64,000 bases of DNA from assembly GCA_963719945.1 (NCBI GenBank), contig CAVRDX010000003.1, forward strand, positions 160,001-224,000, read 5' to 3'. The position numbers were made by a program, and so were the translations under genes. Shown one piece after another: positions 58,488 through 64,000 of this stretch (positions are counted from its first letter, which is position 1; every line of letters starts with the position of its first letter). Source of the stretch: an uncultured Thermoplasmata archaeon (GTDB lineage: Archaea; Thermoplasmatota; Thermoplasmata; UBA10834). The notes beneath the pieces were generated by a model. That model saw only the letters and a program-made list of their open reading frames with translations, searched no databases and was not told the origin of the DNA.

Positions 58488-59282
58488 ATGAACAATGCAA
58501 ACATCATCGAGGTCCTATGCGTGGATGATGAGAAATCCTTTCTTCAATTGGAGAAGGATTTCCTTGAGAGGTGTGGCTTCATCGCGGTCGACACAGCGGA
58601 TTCAGTTCCTGCTGCCTTGGAGAAGATGAAGCTGAACAGGTACGATGCTATTGTATCCGATTATCAAATGCCTGGCCCTAACGGCATAGATCTTCTGAGA
58701 TTCATCAGGGGCCAGGACGATGTGACTCCATTCATCCTATTCACTGGACGCGGCGAGAACGAAGTGGCAATCGAGGCCCTTTCAGAAGGCGCGACGTTCT
58801 ATGTTGAAAAGGGCTGTAATCCACAATCATTGTTCATTGAATTGATCGATATGATCAAGTCGTCAGTCGAGCACTCCCGTATCTCCAGTCATGGTCAAGC
58901 TCCCAATGACAAGACCGCCTATCTCCGAGCGAATGGCGATGATATCGTGATGATTCTCGATGGCAAAGGACGAATCATCAGCTGCAATGACCGTTCTGAG
59001 ACGATGACGGGTTACAGCAAGAGTGAGATGATTGGCAGGAGCATCACGGAATTCGTAGCATTGGGAAATGCCCAACCCCGTCTTGACTTCGAAGATCCTT
59101 CATTAGGCAGAGAACTTGGATTGGACTGTGAGGTCAGGTTGATCAGGAAGGATTGCGGGGAGTTACGAGCAATCGTCAGTTCCGCTACCATAAGACACCA
59201 ATCTAATAGCAGGTTGGGTGAATCGATTTGGGTGATACGCGATCTCTCCCGAGAAGACAAGGTTCGACATGAAGACGGATGA
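58488..59282 (+). CDS. Response regulator receiver (REC) + PAS domain protein
   Basis: VLCVDDE, SDYQMPG.NG, LFTGRG, YVEKG; PAS segment LDGKGRIISCN...TGYSKSEMIG. Confidence 0.88.
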   Translation: MNNANIIEVLCVDDEKSFLQLEKDFLERCGFIAVDTADSVPAALEKMKLNRYDAIVSDYQMPGPNGIDLLRFIRGQDDVTPFILFTGRGENEVAIEALSEGATFYVEKGCNPQSLFIELIDMIKSSVEHSRISSHGQAPNDKTAYLRANGDDIVMILDGKGRIISCNDRSETMTGYSKSEMIGRSITEFVALGNAQPRLDFEDPSLGRELGLDCEVRLIRKDCGELRAIVSSATIRHQSNSRLGESIWVIRDLSREDKVRHEDG

Positions 59283-59413
59283 ATAGTAGGCAGAACCCTT
59301 GGAACCGGCTTTTTCATAGAAGGTTCTTTAACTACGCCAGATCGATTACAGTACTGCCAGAACTTGTCTTCACCCGTGGTGATGACCGTTCCAGGGGCAA
59401 AGAGGTGAAAAGG

Positions 59414-59881
59414 ATGGGGACCTCCGCGCAACCAAGCGCTAGACATTGTGTGTCATGTGGAAAGGAGATTTCGAACGATGCCAACGTGTGCCAACACTGT
59501 GGCCATGATTATCGTGTCCCGGTCGTGGGCGTCGCTTCGACCAAGAAGACCGCGTTGCCAGTCGTGGGCGGTGTGCTCATACTGATAGGTGCTCTTCTCG
59601 AGGTCCTCATGGGCCTTGCTCTCGTGGGCAGTATTGGTGCTCTTGACAGCATCATGATTGTCGATGTCGAAGGTATCGATGCGTTCCAGGACATGGTGAC
59701 AGCGTGCGGCATCATATGGCTGATCATGGGTCTGATCGGTGTACTTGGTGGGATATTCGGGGTCATGCGGAAACACTATGGGCTCGCGATACTCGGTGGA
59801 GTCTTCGCGTTGCCAGGGTTCGGCATATTTGCGCTGATCGGGATAATCCTGGTTGCAGTCTCGAAGAGAGAGTTCAGCTGA
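59414..59881 (+). CDS. Zinc-ribbon membrane protein (3-4 TM)
   Basis: CVSCG...CQHCG followed by hydrophobic helices; GAGGTGA SD. Confidence 0.75.
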   Translation: MGTSAQPSARHCVSCGKEISNDANVCQHCGHDYRVPVVGVASTKKTALPVVGGVLILIGALLEVLMGLALVGSIGALDSIMIVDVEGIDAFQDMVTACGIIWLIMGLIGVLGGIFGVMRKHYGLAILGGVFALPGFGIFALIGIILVAVSKREFS

Positions 59882-60005
59882 ACTCCGATCCGTGATACCT
59901 AGTTCAAACCCTTTCCATTCTAAATATTTTCATCCTGGTTCTAGCGATGGGTGACTATCCCTAGGTACGACTGGCTATTCTCTTACTCGTGTCGTTCTCT
60001 GAATA

Positions 60006-60926
60006 TCATGGCGCTGATACAGTCAGTGACTCGGAGGCTATGACTATCTTACCATCAGAAGCCTCGATGTACGCTTTGATCAGTTTATACAGTCCACTCT
60101 TGATTTCTCGTCTGTGCCTGGCGTCGGTGATGTACCTGACACTCAGCGCGATCCAATTGTCCGTGACGGTGACAAAAACGGAAGGCTCGACCGCGCGTGC
60201 AGAGAAATAGTACTTCTGCATGATCGCTGCCATCTGCTTCTCAGCATCTGCCACATAACGTTCCGTCTCCTTCCGGGCGATATCCTCGAAGTCCTTCGCG
60301 GCCTTCCTCCAATCGGAGTCATAGGTCAGCGGCAATGTGATTTCATCCCATATGAAGCTGTGATCCTTTGTGTAGTTGATGACGCTCTTTGATAGGACTA
60401 CACCGTTTGGCATCATCGATAATCGCCCGGTCGCCTGGTCCCCGTCCACCCACTCTCTTATCTCAAGAAGCGTCGTGTACATCATACCGATATCGATCAC
60501 ATCGCCGAATCTCGAATCGATCTCAACACGGTCGCCGATCCTGTATATGCTGGTCAGAAAGATTGTCAATCCTCCGACGAAGTTCTTGAAGAGGTCCTGC
60601 AATGCGATTGCGATTCCTGCACCCATTATCCCATATGACACGAATAGGGCATCCGTGCTCGTTGCCCAGATCTGGGTCAGTATGGCAAAGAAGATCAGGA
60701 CATAGATGATCGATATCGCTTTCCTGACAGAATACTTGGTCTTCCCGTCCTTGATGCTCCGGGCCAGGAAGTGTTCAAGGGCCAGCTTGAAGACGAAATA
60801 TATTATTGCAAGTGCCAGGAATGTATAGAATCCCTTTTCGATGTACTGGTCGGGATAGTAGTAATTGGCAATCCATAGTAGAATAGCCGCGACGATCTGT
60901 CCCGAAAGCGCAAGGCTCTTGTTCGT
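60006..60926 (-). CDS. mscS: Small-conductance mechanosensitive channel MscS (N-terminus extends 95 codons beyond the ORF track; apparent ACG start)
   Basis: GAGIAIALQD, IGDRVEI..GDVIDIG, PNG...INYT; the upstream in-frame TM helices contain no ATG/GTG/TTG. Confidence 0.85.
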   Translation of the reverse strand, partial: TNKSLALSGQIVAAILLWIANYYYPDQYIEKGFYTFLALAIIYFVFKLALEHFLARSIKDGKTKYSVRKAISIIYVLIFFAILTQIWATSTDALFVSYGIMGAGIAIALQDLFKNFVGGLTIFLTSIYRIGDRVEIDSRFGDVIDIGMMYTTLLEIREWVDGDQATGRLSMMPNGVVLSKSVINYTKDHSFIWDEITLPLTYDSDWRKAAKDFEDIARKETERYVADAEKQMAAIMQKYYFSARAVEPSVFVTVTDNWIALSVRYITDARHRREIKSGLYKLIKAYIEASDGKIVIASESLTVSAP

Positions 60927-60983
60927 CTCACCACTCCCCCGAATCGAATCCTCTGGGCGTAGTAAGCGTCTTCATGATATGAA

Positions 60984-61544
60984 TCATTTCTGCATGCGCT
61001 TCGATCTTGCTTTTCCATTGGATCGAATGACCCTTCGCTCGAACTCTGTCTCCCACCAGTTCGCGTATCTTCTCAGCCCATCCGACCGTCGCTGTATGGC
61101 CTGGACGGCGACCTCACGTGCGATTCTCGCATGCTCGATCTCCCAATTCTTCCTCAATCCCTTCGGCACTGTCAGATAGCTAGGGGACTCATCGATGAAC
61201 CGTGGCAGCAGCCTGGTCATTGCGTATATGTCGCATGCACGTTCGCCTCCTGGCAATCCTTTGGTGTTGAACTGGGCCAGGTGCATCAGTTCATGGGCCA
61301 TGGTCCAATAGGTCGGAAGCTTCCATCTCCCATCTCGTGTCTTTCGGACCTCCAGCATCAGCTTGACAAAACCATCCTCTGACTGAAAGACGGATCCCTC
61401 ATAGGCTCTCGTGATTCCGATCTTCATCTTCGGCCTGATCTCAGGGAAGTATTTGTGCAATCTTTCCAGACGCGTCTCCAGGGTCTTTCTCTCGGACGAA
61501 GGTACCTTCATCGCGTTCCTGGTCCAACTGATCTCGAGCGGCAT
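60984..61544 (-). CDS. Hypothetical protein with HExxH zinc-metallopeptidase motif
   Basis: AHELMHL...GERACDIYA. Confidence 0.65.
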   Translation of the reverse strand: MPLEISWTRNAMKVPSSERKTLETRLERLHKYFPEIRPKMKIGITRAYEGSVFQSEDGFVKLMLEVRKTRDGRWKLPTYWTMAHELMHLAQFNTKGLPGGERACDIYAMTRLLPRFIDESPSYLTVPKGLRKNWEIEHARIAREVAVQAIQRRSDGLRRYANWWETEFERRVIRSNGKARSKRMQK

Positions 61545-61590
61545 TGAGCTACCCCAATGCTTCTCATATCTTTTATTCAATGCCCTCGCA

Positions 61591-62349
61591 CTACCGCGAA
61601 TCCTCGATGACCCGTCCGTCAATACCGACCACTGTGACCGTGACTGGAGCGGTTCTGCCTACCCTCCTCATGGCTTCGGTGACCATGCGCATCAGGCCAT
61701 TGCAGCATGGAACCTCCATTATGACTACTTCGACGCTCTTGGGGACAGATTCCTGGAAGAGTGCAGTGAGCTTTGCAAGATAAGCTTCCTGGTCATCGAG
61801 CTTAGGACACCCTATGACCATCGGCTTGCCCTTGAGGAATCTCTTGTGAAATCCCCCGAACGCGAATGGGACACAGTCTGCCGCGATTAGGATGTCCGCG
61901 TTCTTGTAGAACGGTGATCCTGGTTGGATCAGCTTCCATTGTACTGGCCAGTTGGTCAATTCCGATGGTGTGTGCGATATCTCGCTCCCACCTACTCCGG
62001 ATACATGTTGGGCGATTTTCCGTACGACCATTGGCTTCGAGGATGGGCATCCGCAGGGCGCCTCCGATGAATGGTCATGGACTAGATTCTCGGCATGAGT
62101 GAGCCCCTGGCTCTTGAGGTGGACCTTCACCGCTTCCTCATCGAAGGCAGACGATTCCCTTTCAACGATCCTGAGCGCATCCTTCGGACAGCCGCCCATG
62201 CAGGCACCGAGCCCGTCACAGAAGATCTCGCTGATGACCTTCGCCTTCCCATCGACTATTTTGAGCGCTCCTTCAGCGCATGCAAGTACACACTGACCAC
62301 AACCGTCACATCTGTCCTCGTCTATCTCGATGATCTTCCTGATTGGCAT
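61591..62349 (-). CDS. 4Fe-4S ferredoxin-domain / iron-sulfur cluster-binding protein
   Basis: CDGCGQCVLAC, CDGLGACMGGCP, WPVQ, AADC, GCPKLD, MEVPCC. Confidence 0.88.
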   Translation of the reverse strand: MPIRKIIEIDEDRCDGCGQCVLACAEGALKIVDGKAKVISEIFCDGLGACMGGCPKDALRIVERESSAFDEEAVKVHLKSQGLTHAENLVHDHSSEAPCGCPSSKPMVVRKIAQHVSGVGGSEISHTPSELTNWPVQWKLIQPGSPFYKNADILIAADCVPFAFGGFHKRFLKGKPMVIGCPKLDDQEAYLAKLTALFQESVPKSVEVVIMEVPCCNGLMRMVTEAMRRVGRTAPVTVTVVGIDGRVIEDSR

Positions 62350-62446
62350 CCTTTCACCTCTGATTCGATCCGCGTAGGGCACCCATGCGGTCGGAAACGA
62401 TAATAATCATCGCCTAACAGCGTCCAACGATGGTTGCCATCCCATC

Positions 62447-63343
62447 TCAGCGGGATGTATTGTCACCATTGTGCAGGAGCCAGTTCAACCTGGAGTGGGA
62501 AGTGTGCAGCCTATCGCCGATCACGCTTGCGACGAAGCTCGTGGGTGGGATCAGAAACGCCACGGATGCAGCCAGAGAGACGAGTTTCGTGATCTTTCTC
62601 ATCTTCCAGACCTCTGCGATGTACTCTGCATCGTCCACACTCTCCTTGTATATCATCGACCTGAAGATGGCGCTCTGGAGCCTTCGCACGAGAATAGTGG
62701 TCATCCAGACGACGTCCTTCAGGCTGGTGTACCGTCCTTCGTAGTTCGTCTTCTTGTTCACGATAGCCTTTCTCAGGTCCTCTGCCGTCGTGCCCTCGAA
62801 AGTCGTGCAGCAGTCCCCTACCATCATGGGTGCGTGTGCGTCGCTGCTGCCTGTCAGTGCCGTCTCGATGTCCCTGCACTTCTGTATGGCCAGGTCGTTG
62901 GAGTACCGGTCACGATGAAACGCGTTGAACACCTCGACACCATCTAGATCGAGATTGAATATCCTGTCTCCGAGAGCGCTACAATGGGAACTGAACGGGT
63001 GAGGGGCTATGGCCACGCCTCCCATGCCATGCACAATATCTATGGTCTCCTCAACCGAGAGCCCCTTCGGGACATTCTCGCTCAGGAATAATCCCAGGAG
63101 TTCCCCATCCGCCGTGAGTATCTCCTCTCCGACGACGACCTCGACTGACTTCGCATATTTCTGTGCCTCAAGACCTCCCCTTATGCTGTTGTGGTCAGTC
63201 ACACAGAGCACATTGAGCCCTCTCCTCTCCGCTGCTTCGACGACCTCCTTCGGCTCGGAGACGCAATCGGGCAGTTCGAGAAACAGGATCTTGGACATGC
63301 CGGAGTACTTCGTATGTGTGTGCAGGTCAGCGATGCCCTTCAT
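62447..63343 (-). CDS. PHP-domain metal-dependent phosphoesterase
   Basis: DLHTHT.YS, VTDHN, GEEI, APHPF, GSSDAH. Confidence 0.9.
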   Translation of the reverse strand: MKGIADLHTHTKYSGMSKILFLELPDCVSEPKEVVEAAERRGLNVLCVTDHNSIRGGLEAQKYAKSVEVVVGEEILTADGELLGLFLSENVPKGLSVEETIDIVHGMGGVAIAPHPFSSHCSALGDRIFNLDLDGVEVFNAFHRDRYSNDLAIQKCRDIETALTGSSDAHAPMMVGDCCTTFEGTTAEDLRKAIVNKKTNYEGRYTSLKDVVWMTTILVRRLQSAIFRSMIYKESVDDAEYIAEVWKMRKITKLVSLAASVAFLIPPTSFVASVIGDRLHTSHSRLNWLLHNGDNTSR

Positions 63344-63401
63344 TATCGCCTCCGATGCGTATGGATATAGAAATCATTTTCCCATTAACCTGGTCCATTA
63401 A

Positions 63402-63854
63402 TCACAAGCGTCCTCTGGAGAATGACTGAGACGTCTCCTCCTTTTCGAACGATTCTGCTAGCAACTGCCCCAGGATCACGCCGATGAACCCGGCGAAGAC
63501 GAATAGCATCAGGAGTATGACGGTCATGTTAAGGAAGAACATGATGTACAGGTCTGGGAAAATAACCTTGAAGTCGTAGAACAGGAATGGGGTCGAGTAG
63601 GCGATAATTGCCAATATGTATCCGATGAAGACGTAGAGTATCACAGTCACTATTGCGAGGTCCGTCCTTCTGGTCAGGTATCCTGAGGGCATTCCGAATA
63701 GCGCTGCCAGAAGGAACGCAGCCAGCAAGTTCTTCCCCAACGATAGGGACGAGAGATTGGGGAACACGAAATCGAAAGTCATGAACGCTATGGCAGGCGC
63801 GCTGAATAGGGCTACCATGAACATCCTGGTCCAATCCTCTCTCCTGATCTTCAC
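63402..63854 (-). CDS. Hypothetical membrane protein (4 TM)
   Basis: Hydrophobic ORF, GTGA overlap with the upstream gene. Confidence 0.75.
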   Translation of the reverse strand: MKIRREDWTRMFMVALFSAPAIAFMTFDFVFPNLSSLSLGKNLLAAFLLAALFGMPSGYLTRRTDLAIVTVILYVFIGYILAIIAYSTPFLFYDFKVIFPDLYIMFFLNMTVILLMLFVFAGFIGVILGQLLAESFEKEETSQSFSRGRL

Positions 63855-64000
63855 AGGTATTCACCATCCAGGTAACTCAGATCTATCCTGACCATGTCGT
63901 TGAGGTATATCTCCTTGTATGTCTGGTAGTCGTGAGGGAAATCCGCTATCCATCCAGTGACCCTGAAGTCGTGCATGTAGGGTACGGTTCCAAATGTGTA
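63851..64000 (-). CDS. C-terminal end of an unidentified protein (runs off the window)
   Basis: Open frame YTFGTVPYMHDFRVTGWIADF...DGEYL*, whose TGA overlaps the next GTG. Confidence 0.55.
   Translation of the reverse strand, partial: YTFGTVPYMHDFRVTGWIADFPHDYQTYKEIYLNDMVRIDLSYLDGEYL

Noticed and set aside
51099-59282. Integrated element at tRNA-Thr or tRNA-Arg
   Set aside because: Accessory-looking genes flank the tRNAs, but I saw no integrase and no duplicated tRNA 3' end (att site). This was an eye search only.
1-64000. CRISPR array, cas genes, transposase or integrase
   Set aside because: No regularly spaced repeat-spacer array and no such protein motifs seen.

Overview
Gene-dense archaeal chromosome segment, most consistent with a Thermoplasmata (Thermoplasmatota) lineage. 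That assignment is inferred from the thermosome, PAN, RpoL, aMBF1, Hef, archease and TruD genes together with bacterial-type DnaK/DnaJ/GrpE and CysE/CysK. Most of the window is housekeeping: pgk, nadX, tldD/E, nth, a phosphomevalonate decarboxylase, the ths-grpE-dnaK-dnaJ operon, pan, truD, rpoL, hef, a UbiD-family gene, gltX, cysK-cysE-cysS plus a radical SAM gene, pyrD/K, iscS/U, a sufS-like gene, FKBP and three tRNAs (Cys, Thr, Arg). Accessory and surface genes sit at about 39-41 kb and 48-57 kb. I found no CRISPR array, integrase or transposase. The most notable observations are: (1) a sulfur-handling neighbourhood in which a radical SAM with an extra C-terminal CxxCxxC overlaps the end of cysS, near a tRNA-Cys carrying C73 instead of the canonical U73; (2) an alkyltransferase-like (PFHRV, no catalytic Cys)-endonuclease V fusion and a FANCM-like Hef with a degenerate nuclease site; (3) two tandem paralogous secreted proteins whose upstream regions share a repeated GTCAGTA motif; (4) two genes whose best start codon is ACG; (5) an unannotated 49-aa four-Cys microprotein; (6) an integrin-alpha-like 1859-aa adhesin and a five-zinc-ribbon repeat protein; (7) a CBS-HPF candidate ribosome-hibernation factor. 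All product calls come from motif recognition; no database searches were run.
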